Positions 1-12,990 of a DNA stretch of 64,000 bases are shown here, in pieces. The notes beneath the pieces are model-generated. The model made no database searches and was not told the origin of the DNA. It worked only from the letters and a program-made list of their open reading frames with translations. Numbering within the stretch: the first letter of the stretch is position 1; every line of letters starts with the position of its first letter. The stretch is from Mobula hypostoma (lineage: Eukaryota). The position numbers and the translations under genes were made by a program. The stretch lies in the NCBI RefSeq assembly GCF_963921235.1, contig NC_086097.1, forward strand, positions 5,828,001 to 5,892,000. The letters run 5' to 3'.

Positions 1-383
1 CCTTTCTGATGCAGTGGGGTATGAACATGGCAAAATAGAGAAAAGTAAGTCGGGGCATATTTTGCATTCTGATGGAGTTTCTGCATTGGTATTCTGAAAG
101 AAGGCTCCTTTGGCTGGGAATTTATCCCTGCTTGGTAGCAATAAACATAATATATGGTCATTTGAGAGGCAGAGCACAATGTACTGACATTATTGCTTAG
201 TACATCTTATATTACTGACCAGAGATGAATTTCTAGGCACTTGAATCTACTTAGCATCATGAACATTTTTCACCAGATATTTTAGAGAAAAATTATACAA
301 ATGGACTGCTTGAATTATCACGGAATGTTAAGCAGCGATCCTGCATTGAGAGAACATCATAGAATATGTACAGGAGCCGTGAA

Positions 384-600
384 GACAAGAGATTCTGCAG
401 ATGTTGGAAATGCGGAGCAGCACACACAAGATGCTGGAGGAACTCAACGGGTCAGGCTCCAGCTGGGGGGGGGAAGGAGTCAATGTTTCAGGCAGTACTT
501 CAGCTGTCCTGACGAAGGATATCAACACAAAATGTTGATTCTTTAGTCCTTTCAACAGATGTTGCCTGACCTGCTGAGTTCCTCCGGCATTTTGTGTGCT
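384..600. mobile_element. Small inverted pair of Penelope-like pLTR fragments
   Basis: The minus-strand copy (gatgctggaggaactcaacgggtcagg, ~430-456) faces the plus-strand copy (gtcctgacgaagg...cctgacctgctgagttcctccggcattttgtgtg, ~506-598). Both match the terminal sequence of the GIY-YIG-bearing copies at 36894-37893 and 59820-60736. Confidence 0.7.
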
Positions 601-1026
601 CACTTCCATAAGAAAGAGAAGTGTTCACAGAAACTCAGAATCAGGTTTAATCAGGCATATCTCAGAATCAGATTTATTATCACCAGAATGTGTCCTGCAA
701 TTTGTGAACTTAGGAGCAGCAGTTTGGTGCAATACATAATATAGAAGAGAAAGAAACAGTAAATAAATAAGTAAATCAATTACAGTATATGTATATTGAA
801 TAGATTAAAAATTGTGCAAAAAAAACAGAAATAATATATATAAAAAAAGTGAGGTAGTTTTCAAGAGTTCAAAGTCCATTCAGAAATCAGATGGCAGAGG
901 GGAAGAAGTTCTTCCTGAATCACTTGGTGTCTAACTTCATACTCTGGTGCTTCCTTCCTGATGGTAGCAATAAGAAGAGGGCATGCATTTGCACAGCCAC
1001 CTTCCAAGTAAAAAGACTAGATAGTT

Positions 1027-1782
1027 TCAAAGTTCAAAGTTCAAGGTAAAGTTATTATTGAAGTAAATATATATCACCAAGTACAACCCTGAGATTAATT
1101 TTCTTGCAGGCATACTCAATAAGTCCAAGAACCATAATACAACCAGTGAAAGACCACACTGAACAGGACAGGCAAATAACCAAAGTGCAAAGGGCAACCA
1201 ACTGTGCAAATATGAAAGAGAGAAAAAAATGATGACAAATAAATGATCAATAAATATCAAGAACATGAGATGAAGAGTCCTTGAACCTAGTCCATAGGCT
1301 GTGGGAACAGTTCAGTGATGGGGCAGGTGAAGCTGAGTGAAATTATTCCTTCTGGTTCAAGAGCCTGATACTAAGAGGTAATAACTGTTCCTGAACGTGG
1401 TGGTGTGAGTCCTGAGGCTCCTGTTCCTTCTTCCTGATGTCAGCAGCGAGAAGAGAGCATGACCTGGTTGGTAGGGGTGCTGCTTTCCTGTGACAATGCT
1501 CCATGTAGATGTGTTCAACGGTGGGGAGGGCTTTAGCCATGATAGATAGGGCCATATCCTCTACTATTTTGTCGAATTTTCCCATCAAGGATATTGATGT
1601 TTCCATACCAGAATGTGATGCAGCCAGTCAATATACCCTTCTCCACACATCTATAGAAATTTCTCAAAGTTTTAGATGTCATCCCTCATGTCAAAAGTTG
1701 CAAACGTCTAATGAAGTGGAGGTGCTGTCATGCTTTCTTCATAATTACACTTACATGCTGTGCCTAGGGCAAGTCCTCTGAC
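1027..1782 (-). mobile_element. 3' fragment of a Rex1/Babar-type LINE
   Basis: Translation ..LPTVEHIYMEHCHRKAA.. matches the C-terminus of the other Rex1-type copies here. It is followed by the recurring 3' UTR ending in tttgaactttgaa. Confidence 0.6.
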
Positions 1783-2724
1783 AGCTTGTTGGAGTTAAAT
1801 TGTCTAAGGGTTTGATTATTTGTTTAAATACGTAGCATTTTTTTTGGCTCATATTAAAATTTTATTTTGAGTTTTGGCTTGGTTGTAGAACCGTGATGAA
1901 ATGGATGAGTACAGTGGTGTTGTAGTTCAGCTATTCAGCCAATACCTTTTTGAATTAATAAAAAGGAACACAAATTTCATGCTTGTATTTCTGTTGGGTC
2001 ATTATTTATAGATCACATTCTTAGAAATGCACTTGTAAGGGTGCATGAGGATGGTATCAATATATAATGTCGGTGAATTTCAATTGGACCATGATCTACT
2101 GTGGCGATGTGTTTCCCTCAGGATGATACTATTTTACAGTTAATTATACCTGTTTTTATTGTGCTGAAAAGCCTCAGTGCTCTAAAGCCAGGTAAAATAA
2201 AATGCAGGCATTATTAGCAAATGGAATAAAGGGCACTTTAACACAAACGTCCTTGTGTAACAAGAGCTAGTTGTAATGCTTCTAATTCAGCAAAGAGCCC
2301 CAAGGAATTTCAAAGGAATGTGACTGATCAAAATACCTCACAGAGGTCCAGGAAGAGATATGAAATCAGTCTGAAAGCAAGGATGAGAATTTTAATATCG
2401 AGGGATGGTGGATGAATAGAAATGAAGTGCAAATTGAAGAACGTAAGGTAGAGCAGGGGCCGGTCCTACTCATGCTCTGTGAAAGTAGCAACACTTCATT
2501 ACTTTTGTATCCCAGTCCCGTTGCAACGAAGGACAACATACCTTTTGCCACTTTAATTCAGAGTCAGAATCAGAAACAGAAACAGGTTTATTATCACTTT
2601 CATGTGACATGAAATTTGTTTTCAGTACCAGCCAGGTACACCATTGATATTTGCGAGAGTTCAACCTCTTGAAGGAAGTTCAAGGCAAAGTTTCACAGAG
2701 TGGCCAGATGCTGTAGGAATTTGA

Positions 2725-3545
2725 TGGGCGCAGTGACAATAAATTTGCTAATGATACAACCATTGTTGGCAGAATCTCAGATGGTGACAAGAGGGAGTAC
2801 AGGAGCGATCTGTACCAGCCTTGCATTCAACCAAAGAACTGATTGTGGAATTCAGAAAGGGTAAGACGAGGGAACACACACCAGTCCTCGTAGAGGGATC
2901 AGAAGTGGAAAGAGTGAGCAGTTCCAAACTCCTGGGTGTCAATATCTCTGAGGAAACAAACCTGGATCAAACATATCTATGCAGCTACAAAGAAGGCATG
3001 ACAGTGGCTATATTTCACTAGGTATTTCAGAATATTTGGTATATCACCTAAACTACTCGTAAATTTCTACAGATGTAATGTGGAGAGCATTCTAATCGAC
3101 TACATCACTGTCTGGTATGGGGGCAGGGGCGAAATAGTCAGCTCCATCATGGGCACTAGCTTCCATAGTATCCAGAATATTTTCAAGGAGCGATGTCTCA
3201 AAAAGGCGGCATCCACCATTAAGGATCTTCATCCCCCAAGGACATGCCCTCTTCTCATTACTACCATCAGGAGGGAGGTACAGAAGCTTGAAGACACATA
3301 CTCAATGATTCAGGAAATAATGCTTCTCCTCTGCCATCGGATTTCTGAATGGACATTGAACTCTTATACACTACCTCACTATAGTTTTATTTCTATTTTT
3401 GCACTACTTGTTTTACTATGTTGTGTGTGTGTATATAGTGTGTGTGTGTGTGTGTGTATACACTTCCTGTACTTCACAAGATTTTAACGTATTTCATTGT
3501 ACTGCTGCAACAAGATTTGCTAATGATATTAAACCTGACCCTGAT
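2725..3545 (+). mobile_element. Degraded Rex1/Babar-type LINE (RT C-terminal half and 3' UTR)
   Basis: KFANDTTIVG (FADD motif), TKELIVEFRK, VERVSSSKLLGVNISE and ESILIDYITVWYG; several frameshifts. Confidence 0.75.
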
Positions 3546-4844
3546 TATGCTCCCTTGCAAAGTGTACATCAAAGGCATTGAGGTCATCAAGGGGTGAAAC
3601 ATCACAACCCGTTCACATGCAAACCTTGCCACAGGTGTCTTACATCTAATTACATCTCTCGTTTCACATGCAATTTCCTTTTTTGCTATCACGATGCTTT
3701 TCTCTGGATCATACTTGGACTTCCTTCAGGATTCTGTAAATATATGTTTACTTTATACATCTCACGTGCCTGCACACCAAAATCATTCTGAACGTGCACA
3801 TTAATTGATACCCTTCTACTAAAAAACACTAGTGCATTTCCATTCTTCTTACCAAGTAAATGACTTCATATAACTTCATCAACAACACTTAGCCCATACA
3901 CTTAACCCAAATGACTGCCTCACAGTTTATCTGTGCATGGTCGTGCACTTTGGCAGCAGGAATAAAGGCATGAACTATTTTGTAAATGGGGTGGACGTTC
4001 AAAAATTAGAGGTAGAGGTGGACTTGGGAGTCCTTGTGGAGGATTCCCTAAAGGTTAATTTCATCACCACAGAGGTCATGGTCTCTTCTCGCTGCTGCCT
4101 GTGGGCTTACGCTACCAGGTTCAGGAGCAATTATTACCCCTCAACAAACAGGCTCTTGCTTATTTATTTACTATTATTTCTTTCTACTTGTTCTCAATCT
4201 TTTGCACACTGGCTGAACACCCAAGTCTTTCGTTGAATTTGTTATAGTTGTTGTTCTATTATGGATTTATTGAGCACACCCACAAGAAAATGAATCTCAG
4301 GGTTGTATATGGTGCCATAGATGTACTTTAATAATATATCTGCTTTGAAGTTTGAACTTTGAACTTGCAGGTTGAGTTGGTAGTAGGGAAGGCAAATGCA
4401 ATGTTAACATTTATTTTGAGAGGGTTAGAATTTAAAAGAAAGAATGGAACATTAAGGTTTTATAATTCATTAGTCAGACCACACTTTTGTATTGTGAGCT
4501 GTTTTGGGTCCCTTATCTGAGAAGAGATGTGCTGGGGGAGTCCAGAGGGTGTTCACGAGAATGATTCTGGGAATGAGAGGGTTAGATGGTTCTGGGACTG
4601 TTCTTTTTTTTTAAATACTTCATTTTCAAAATTTTCCAAAAAAACAATGAAATCAACAAAAACATACCAGCTCAGACATGTATAAAAAAGAAATAAGCAA
4701 AAAAAAAACATAACATTAGCGGGATGCGTATGGTACAAAGTGCTCAAAAATCCTAAACATGCTCAAATGAGGGCCGTGAGAAATCAGCTGGGGGGAAATT
4801 GCTCATCTGCCCCCGGACTCACCCAGGGAGGCAAGAAATGGGTC

Positions 4845-7380
4845 TCAGATAGCCGAAATTTTTTTTATTGAATTGGTTCTCAAGAACCTAAGTTTCTCCA
4901 TCTGTATGACTGAGATCATATCAGCCATCCATCTCCGAAAGAAAGGGGGAGAGGGTGATTTCCATTCCCTCAAGATAAGTCTTTGGGCAGCAATCATCCC
5001 CAGCATCAGAGACTGTTGTATGGCTGCAGGGGAACAAATAGTAGATTGCGAGCAGCTAAATATAACGAGACCAGCTTCCAAGGGGAAGGATCTTTCAGAG
5101 GCCTTTGAATAGCAGTCGAATACTTTGGACCAAAATCCGGTCAGTAATGGGCAAAGCCAAAAGGTGTGTGATAACGTGGCTTCTATCCCTTGGCATCTAT
5201 CACACATTGGCGAGACAGAAGGGTAAATCCTGTGCAACCTAAGTTTAGAGTAATGGAGACGGTGGACAACTTTAAACTGGATCAGTTGGTGCCTGCTGTC
5301 AACAGAGCAAGCCTGTATCATAGACAAACACTTGTCCCAGGCAGCTTCAGATAATTCAATGTCCAACTCCTCTCTCCAGGCGTCTCTAATCTTCACATTA
5401 GATGCTACAGTGCAATTATCAAACAAACGTACAATCATAGAAACAAGATGCCTGGAGTCAGGAGGGTTCTTAAAAATATCAAAAAAACATATGTTTCCTT
5501 GGAAGGATTTCAAAATTACAAATCTTAGATTGAATGTAGTGTCTAATTTGTAAATAACGCAAAAAGTGCGAATGAGGCAGCTCTCAGATTTCTCGTTCAG
5601 CAGAGTAAATGTTGCAAACCATCCCTCTATATACAGGTCTTCAATAGAAACTAGACCCTTCTCCCTCCAAGCATGGTAGGTTTTATCTGACCATGAGGGT
5701 AGAAAGGAGTGATTGAAACAGATTGGTGTTTGTACAGAGGTCTCTGGTAAACTCAGAACGCTCCTAATCTGATTTAGAATTCTGATAGAATTTTTCAAAA
5801 CAAAACTCAAGCTTTTTGAAGTCCCAGGCTTCTCTAACTTGTAGAACAGCATGGCTGGCAAGGAGGAATTGACAACAGAGTTAGACTCCATACATAGCCC
5901 AGGGGCTAGGTTATCCGGAGCCCCGTGTTGCCAGAACATTAAAGCCCTAGCATTGACAGCCCAATAATAGTTTCTAAATACAGGTAATCCCAGCCCTCCT
6001 TCAGACTTGGGCCTTTGTAAATGAATTTTCGAGATTCTGTGATTCTTATAATTCCAGATAGAAGACAATATTATGGAGTCCAACTCTTTAAAGAAAGCTG
6101 ATGTAAGAAAAATGGGGAGATTTTGACAAAGGTAGAGAAACCTAGGAAGGGAAACCATTTTAATTGAATTTATACGACCAATCATGGACAGAGGTAGGGT
6201 TTTCTGGAATTATAAGACTCACAGGACCTCTGAACTGCCGCACCAAGACCTCCTCAGGCTTGTCCCCAATTTCGAAATGCTCTTGTCTTAATTTTAAGAG
6301 GAGATTATTTATTTGACGACCCAAGATACAGTTGTACTCATATTTAAGCTTCATTATTTTATTATAGTCTTCAGAGGATTTCGAAGCCTGGTATGTCACT
6401 TCGAGGGTTGGGAGCGTATTCTCAATCTCTAATAATCGCCCTTCTCTCTCCCTCTTAGCAGTGGATTCATATGAAATTATATACCCACGAATTACAACTC
6501 TTAATGTCTCCCAGAGTGTGGAATCTGACACCTCGCCGTTATCTTTACTTTCTTTCTTTTAATCTGGTGGTGATATATTCTATAATTTTCTTATCGGTGA
6601 TTAGGGAGGGGTTAAAACACCAGGAATAGATTCATTTGGAAAGGGAGAGGTTTAGGGACATTGTCAAGGGGCTATGGTCAGAAATTAATCTATATATGAT
6701 ATTTTGTATTGGTAACACCAGATATTAAATGAGAGTCAATCAAAAATAGTCTATTCTACTATAAGATTTGTGAACATGAGAATAATAAGAATAATCCTTG
6801 TCGGTGGGATGTTGAACTCGCCAAATATCTACTAAATTCCTAGATCTAATCAAATTATTTAGGACTTGCACTGACATGATATTTGAGGGCGGGCGGGAGG
6901 ACAATCTATCTAAGTATGGATCCAGGTAGCAATTCAAGTCACTGCTGATTATTATATTTGAATTACTGGCATCCGGAAGTAAATCAAAAACTTTCCTAAA
7001 AAAAATTTGGCTCGTCTGTGTTTGGACCATAAATATTAAGGGAAGGTTAGCGGAAACGAATTAATGGTGCCAGAGATCATAATAAACCTGCCGAGAGGAT
7101 CTGTGGTCATGGAAGTGAGTTGAAATGGAATATTTTTCCTAAAGAGGATAGCCACACCATGGGCATGAGAAGTAAATGGTGACTGTTAAATCTGCGATAT
7201 ACAGCTAGACCTCAATCTGTGTTGCTCAGTTACTTTGATATGAGTTTCCTGTAGAAAAATCACATCTGCAGATAGCGATTTGAGATGTCTAAAAACTTAA
7301 TCCCTCTTAACAACATGACCAAGACCCTTTATATTCCTCGAGACTATTGTAATATCTTTACCCCCCAGCTGCGTTCTACC
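4845..7380 (-). pseudogene. L1 ORF2 remnant (endonuclease and C-terminal domain, RT missing)
   Basis: The EN region has stops and frameshifts. The linker ..GDKPEEVLVRQFRG joins near 6215-6228 directly to KTLPLSMIGRINSIKM, which normally lies downstream of the RT. Confidence 0.85.
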
Positions 7381-7913
7381 GCAAGGCCTCTGCATATGAG
7401 AATAAAAAAGAGATTATTAGAGTTGAGCACAAACATAGTAAACAATGCAAAATGGTTGGCAGCCTCATAAGAACACAATATACACAAAAAAAATGTCTGA
7501 GCTATAAACAAAAACAACACACACCCTAACCCACCCCCCTTCATGTCTCCCTAAACCAGACACATAGTTCCCCATTTCCATCCCAAAAGGAGCTGCTGGG
7601 CAGGTAACTAACATTACACAATTATCACAAACCCCCTCTCCGAGAAAATTTATTACACAAGTTATATAATACCGTTAACTAAATGCTATTAGGGCTGGGG
7701 AGAGTTATCCAGTGTCCGCACCTGAAGCTGAACATTCATGACATCAACTCAAATTTAACCCTTATAATAACAAAAATATTTAGAACATTTTCTGAAATTA
7801 AATCCCAGTGCGGCATATAGCATTGCAAAACTACATATAACAAGCCAGTCCCTCCCCATATCCCAACATGGAAACCGGCACAAATATAAGCTAATTAAAC
7901 AGTGTCAATATCT

Positions 7914-8804
7914 CTACTCCCTTTTTCGTGCATCATTCCTTTCCAAGAATTGTGCTGCTTCTATCAGGTCATCGTATACTTTAGGCTCTCTTCCATCTTG
8001 ATGATAAATATAGAGCCTAGCCGGATACCGCAGGGTGTGCTTGATTCCTCCATCGCGCAGAGTTTGCAGTACATCACGAAAGGTACGACGTTGAGTCATC
8101 ACCTCTTTAGTATAGTCCGGGAAGATCAAGACCTTACTTCCCTTGTACTCCATGGGTTGTAGTCTGCTGCGGCGCAGGATCAGCTCTTTCACTTGAAAGT
8201 GATGGATACGTGCCAAAATGGTACACGGTTTCCCGCCGGCAGCCGACTTCGGATAGAGAGAGCGATGTGCACGATCCACTTTAACCGGATACGGGAAATG
8301 CTCTTCCTCGAGCAACTTGGGAATCAGTCTGGAAACAAATTCAGCAGGTTTACCATCCTCCTCGCCCTCTTGTATCCCTACAATCTTAATGTTATGTCTC
8401 CGGGAACGAGCCTCTAAGTCATGGACTTTAGCTTCAAGCTGGCTATTTTGTCTCATTAGCTCTGAATACTTAACTTCAAACTCTTGCACGCGTGTTTCAA
8501 GGTCACTTGTGGTGAGTTCTTGATTAGCCACACGGGCTTGTAAGTCAGCCTGGGAGGCTACAAGCGCCTCAAACTTGGTCTCAAAAACATCAAAGCGGTC
8601 GTTAATGCCGTGCAGAACTGACTCAGAAATCTCCTGACCTAATTCTTTGCACATGGCGTAAGTTTTATCCGGTGGTATCTCAGACGCCGAGAAGTTCTTT
8701 ACCGACCCATTGTTAGCACTAAATTCGGTAGTTTGGCAGTCGGCGGTATTGGTTTTATTTGCCTTCGGCATTGTCAAACTTTTCCAGACACTTAATTTAG
8801 ACAT
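7914..8804 (-). CDS. L1 ORF1p (coiled coil plus RRM/CTD, RNA-binding)
   Basis: Uninterrupted ORF. First ATG at 8804, alternative at 8771; the track start at 8834 is a GTG. Motifs DLEARSRRHNIKIVGI, VDRAHRS, VLIFPDYT and LRYPARL are typical of L1 ORF1p. Confidence 0.88.
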   Translation of the reverse strand: MSKLSVWKSLTMPKANKTNTADCQTTEFSANNGSVKNFSASEIPPDKTYAMCKELGQEISESVLHGINDRFDVFETKFEALVASQADLQARVANQELTTSDLETRVQEFEVKYSELMRQNSQLEAKVHDLEARSRRHNIKIVGIQEGEEDGKPAEFVSRLIPKLLEEEHFPYPVKVDRAHRSLYPKSAAGGKPCTILARIHHFQVKELILRRSRLQPMEYKGSKVLIFPDYTKEVMTQRRTFRDVLQTLRDGGIKHTLRYPARLYIYHQDGREPKVYDDLIEAAQFLERNDARKRE

Positions 8805-11800
8805 ACACTGTTGACCTATGAATAAATAAAACACGGTATAATAGTAATTTTACCGAGGCCTCGGAGAGGAGCACTGACCTTTCACGTCTAATCCATACGC
8901 TGCGCACTAGCGCCTCCCGTTCTGGGACTGTTCTCACTGGAGTTTAGAAAAATGAGGAGGGATTTCATTGAAATCTATCAAATACTGAAAGCTCTGGATA
9001 AAGTGGATGTGGAGAGGATGTTTCCTATAGTGGGGGGTAGGGTCTGGAACTAGAGGGCACAGCCTCAGAATTAAGAAGCATCCATTTAAAACAGAGATGA
9101 GGAACATACCTTTGGTCAGAGGGTAGTGAATCTGTGGAATTCATTGGCACAGATGGCTGTGGAGGCCATGTCAAGTATATTTAAGGCAAAGTCAGATAGG
9201 TTCTTGATTAATCAGGACATCAAAGGTTACAGGGAAAAGGCAGGGGAATAGAGTTGAGAGGGATAATAAATCAGCCATGATGGAATAGCAGAGCAGATTT
9301 AGTGGGCTGAATGGCCTCGTTCTTCTACTAGGTCTTATGGTCTTATATTGCTATCTAGCCTCCTTTCAGCAGACAAATTGGATACTTGTAGCTCTCTATC
9401 ATTACATCGAAGCAATGAATTGCAAACAGCCCAACACTGATTCTTGTAGCATGTCTAAAGCAGCAGTCTCCTTCTTGAAGGAACCATTAACTCCTGCACT
9501 TTCTTTTATCTGTTCTTCAACCTTTAGCTCCCTCACTGTCATGTTGAGGAATATTATGAAGCCACAGATTCTCCAATATTGGGCACTTCTCCATTTCTGA
9601 CAATGGGTCATTGACCTGAAACATGAACTCTGTTTCTTTCTTCACAGACATTGCCTGAGTATCTCCAGCACATTTTGTTTTTATTAGACTGCGAGAGAAA
9701 GGCCATCTTGATGTTGAGAAGGAAATGTAGTTTGAAGCTACCTTGAGGTGAAAGGCAAAACGAGTTTGTGAAAAGTTTAGCTGAATGTCACACAGATAAT
9801 ACTCACTGCGACATCAGTGGTAATGTTATGAGCTTTATAACTTTTATACCATGCTTTTCTTAGGGAAGTTTCAAGAAAAAGATCATTCAGACTTATTACC
9901 ACATTTTGAAAAGCACAGTTCCACAACCTTATTGACCTCTGAGCAAGTTCACATACCAGGAGGATTAAGATGCACAGCTTCTCTTTAACTGTCTGATCTG
10001 CTGCCTGACACAATGTGCTACAAGATGTTCAATCAAGATCTAGACAGCTCATCATTCTATCAAGGCTGATAAGCAGATACAACCCGTGGTTTATTTATTT
10101 ATTGAGATGTGGCTCAGAGTAGGCCTTTCCAGTCCACCTATTTAATACTAGCCTAATCATGGACAATTTATGCAGGTCATGCCTTGTTTTTGTTGCTAAT
10201 ATCAGGGAAGGGTACAGACACACATTCAACAATTAAGGAACAGCATCTTCCCCTCTGCCTTCAGAATGGACATTAAACACATGAACACTACCTCACTACT
10301 TTTTTTTTGCACTACTTATTTCATTTAACTATTAAATACATGTACTCTTACTGTTATTTACAGTGTTATTTTCTATTATTATGTATTGCATTGTACTGCT
10401 GCTGCAAAGACAAATGGTGTGACATTTGCCGGAGATATTAAACCTGATTCTGATTCGATTTATAATGACCAAATATAATGCGGTACGTCTTTGGATTGTG
10501 GGAGGAAACTGGAGCACCCGGAGGAAATCCATGCAGTCACAGAGAGAACGTACAAACACACAGCAGCAGGAACTGAATCAGAATCGCTGGTACTGTAAAG
10601 CGTTGTGCTAACTACTACATTACCATTATGTTCCATCATCCATGTAGTTTAAATGAGTTATTTCATAGTCATCATTATATCAAATGTAACTTATAACTGC
10701 AGACAGCGTCCCAATTGCATGTGATGAATTAAGTTTCAGTGGGCTCCAGTTAAGTGAGTGTGATTTTAGAACAAACAATCACAATACATATAAGCAAAGC
10801 TTCCTGGTTTAGTTCTATTTTCACTGTCCATTTTAAAACTCTCTGTCATCTGTCTCCTGTTTTCATTGGCCTCCTTAACAAGACTCAAGATTCAAAATTG
10901 TTTAATGTTATTTCCAGTATAAAGGAGAACAATGTAATTGTTACTCTGGATTTGATCAGCACAAACAAAAACACAATAGGTATAAATACATAAGATACCA
11001 TATATATGTAAACTGATTTTATGTCCATAAAATGACACTCGGCACAGGAGTGTCTGTACATAAGGTGACTGACAGGAGATGATAAAGTAGTGGTGGTTGG
11101 AGATGTGGAGGGGTGGGTTGATGGGTGGGGGTGTTGATCAGCCTTACTACTCATGGAAAATAACTGTTTTTGTATCTGGTGGTCCAGGTCTGGATACTAT
11201 GTAATCTCCTCAGTAATGGGAGTGGGACAAACAGTCCATGAGCTGAGTGGATGGGATCCGTCATAACGTTACTGACCTTCTTTTCCGGCACCTTTCTGTA
11301 TATATGCCCCTGATGGTGGTTAAGCTGGTGCTAGTGATACTTTGGACAGTTTTGACTACCCATTATAGAGTAGAGCCTTCCCGCATCCACTGCATTGCGT
11401 TGAACGCATATCCCCTTGAAATGCTCCTCGGTACTGGCAGGGTAAGTTTCATAGATAAGCTAGGCAATGACACCTCCCAATAATGTTCACCACTTACGTC
11501 ACCCTGTTCTCTTCATTCTTCTTGTGCTGGATCAGATCCGGACTAACAATTATTTTGTTCTACTTTACACTCGTTACTGGAAATGACTTTAAACAACCTT
11601 GAATCTGGAATTCAGGTTGGAGATGAAAAAGAGGCTTCTCAGTATATGCTTGTAGGAAAGTTGTGTGTGAATGTGGCTTTGCCATAAGGACTTGTATCCC
11701 ACAATTCTTTACATAAAGGTCACTTATAAAATCTTGTAAGGATCAATGAGTTGCCTAAGGTGTAAAATAGCTTTTACTGGTTTGTGTGAGGGCTATCAAA

Positions 11801-11929
11801 CAGGAGCCCTGTTTCCTGCTGCAACATCAGAGTGCTTTAACAAGTGGTGCTTAAATCATATTTGAATGTCTCAATATGTCCACATGACATGAATAATGAA
11901 CATATCCGAATCTGAAACAGAATCAGGTT

Positions 11930-12575
11930 TGGGCATCACGGTAGTGTCACAGTTAGCACAATGCTATTACTGCCTGGGGTGTTGGAGTTCAGAGTTCAAT
12001 TCCAACATCATCTTTATGGAGTCTGTACATCCTCCTCATGGAATGTGTGGGTTTCCTCTGGGTCCTCCCGTTTCTTTCCACAGTCCAAAGTTCGTAGGCT
12101 AATTGTGATTATCCTGTGACTAGGCTCGGGTTATCCTGTGACTAGGCTCGGGTTATACGGTGACTAGGCTCGGGTTATCCGGTGACTAGGCTCGGGTTAT
12201 ACGGTGACTAGGCTCGGGTTATCCTGTGACTAGGCTCGGGTTATCGGGTGGCTAGGCTCGGGTTATACGGTGACTAGGCTCGGGTTATCCGGTGACTAGG
12301 CTCGGGTTATACAGTGACTAGGCTCGGGTTATCCTGTGACTAGGCTCGGGTTATACGGTGACTAGGCTCGGGTTATCCTGTGGCTAGGCTCGGGTTATCC
12401 TGTGACTAGGCTCGGGTTATACGGTGACTAGGCTCGGGTTATCCTGTGACTAGGCTCGGGTTATCGGGTGGCTAGGCTCGGGTTATACGGTGACTAGGCT
12501 CGGGTTATACGGGGGTTGCTGAGCAGAGTGGCTTGTTGAGCTGAAATAGCCTGTTCCACCCTGTATTTTTAAACG
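11930..12575 (+). mobile_element. SINE (recurrent family) carrying an internal minisatellite
   Basis: ggtagtgtcacagttagcacaatgctattac...ggagttcagagttcaattcc...gggtttcctctgggtcctcc; related copies at ~23518-23800, ~40945-41240 and, reversed, ~10100-10630. Confidence 0.7.
12109..12510. repeat. 22-bp minisatellite (taggctcgggttatcctgtgac), about 18 units
   Basis: Directly visible tandem array with ttatcct/ttatacg/ttatccg variants. Confidence 0.97.
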
Positions 12576-12990
12576 AATTAAAAAAATATCGCGAGCATAT
12601 GCCATGAAATTTGCTGTTTTGCGGCAGTGGTGCAGTACAATACATAACAATTGGTAAAATCTACAAATTACAATAAGAAAAGATATTAAAAAAAAGTAGT
12701 GCAAAAAGAGACCAAAGAAGAGAGAAAAATACTGAGGCAGTGCTCATGGGTTCATTGTCCATTCCGAGATCTGATGGCGGAGGGGAAGACGATGTTCCTG
12801 AAATGTTGAGTGTGTGTCTTCAGACTCCTGTATTTCTGTAAATACACCACTCGTAAAGACAGTTTTACACAAGCTAGGAATGCAAAGCAAGCTTACTGAT
12901 TGCAGCTGAGACCAGTCTGAAATTGATTATGTAAATGTTCTTTCCTATAAATTTATAAAAACAGAATAAAATTAAAAAGAAGGATTGAAA

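Larger units (their letters stand above)
4605..8918 (-). mobile_element. L1-clade LINE, 5'-complete, with internal deletion of the RT domain
   Basis: 16-bp TSD gttctgggactgttct at 4589-4604 and 8919-8934. GC-rich 5' end gggaggcgctag; ORF1; APE motifs (SRNIKGL, FLQETH, SRIDYF, SDH); C-terminal zinc-binding region (CDRC..SHTFWLC); short A tail. Confidence 0.92.
3935..9350 (+). mobile_element. CR1-type LINE 3' part, split by a LINE-tail fragment (~4060-4365) and by the L1 (4605-8918)
   Basis: VVHFGSRNK..DLGVLVEDSLKVN at 3937-4060 resumes as LQVELVVGKANAML at ~4366 and again after 8934 (LFSLEFRKMRRD.., gtgaatctgtggaattc, tail ggtcttatggtctt). Confidence 0.8.

Noticed and set aside
4845..6185. 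446-aa ORF as a domesticated gene
   Set aside because: It is the C-terminal part of L1 ORF2 and includes an apparently out-of-frame stretch between compensating frameshifts.
9402..9611. Minus-strand ORF ending ..QESVLGCLQFIASM as a host terminal exon
   Set aside because: No recognisable homology and no convincing splice acceptor; its length is within chance expectation.
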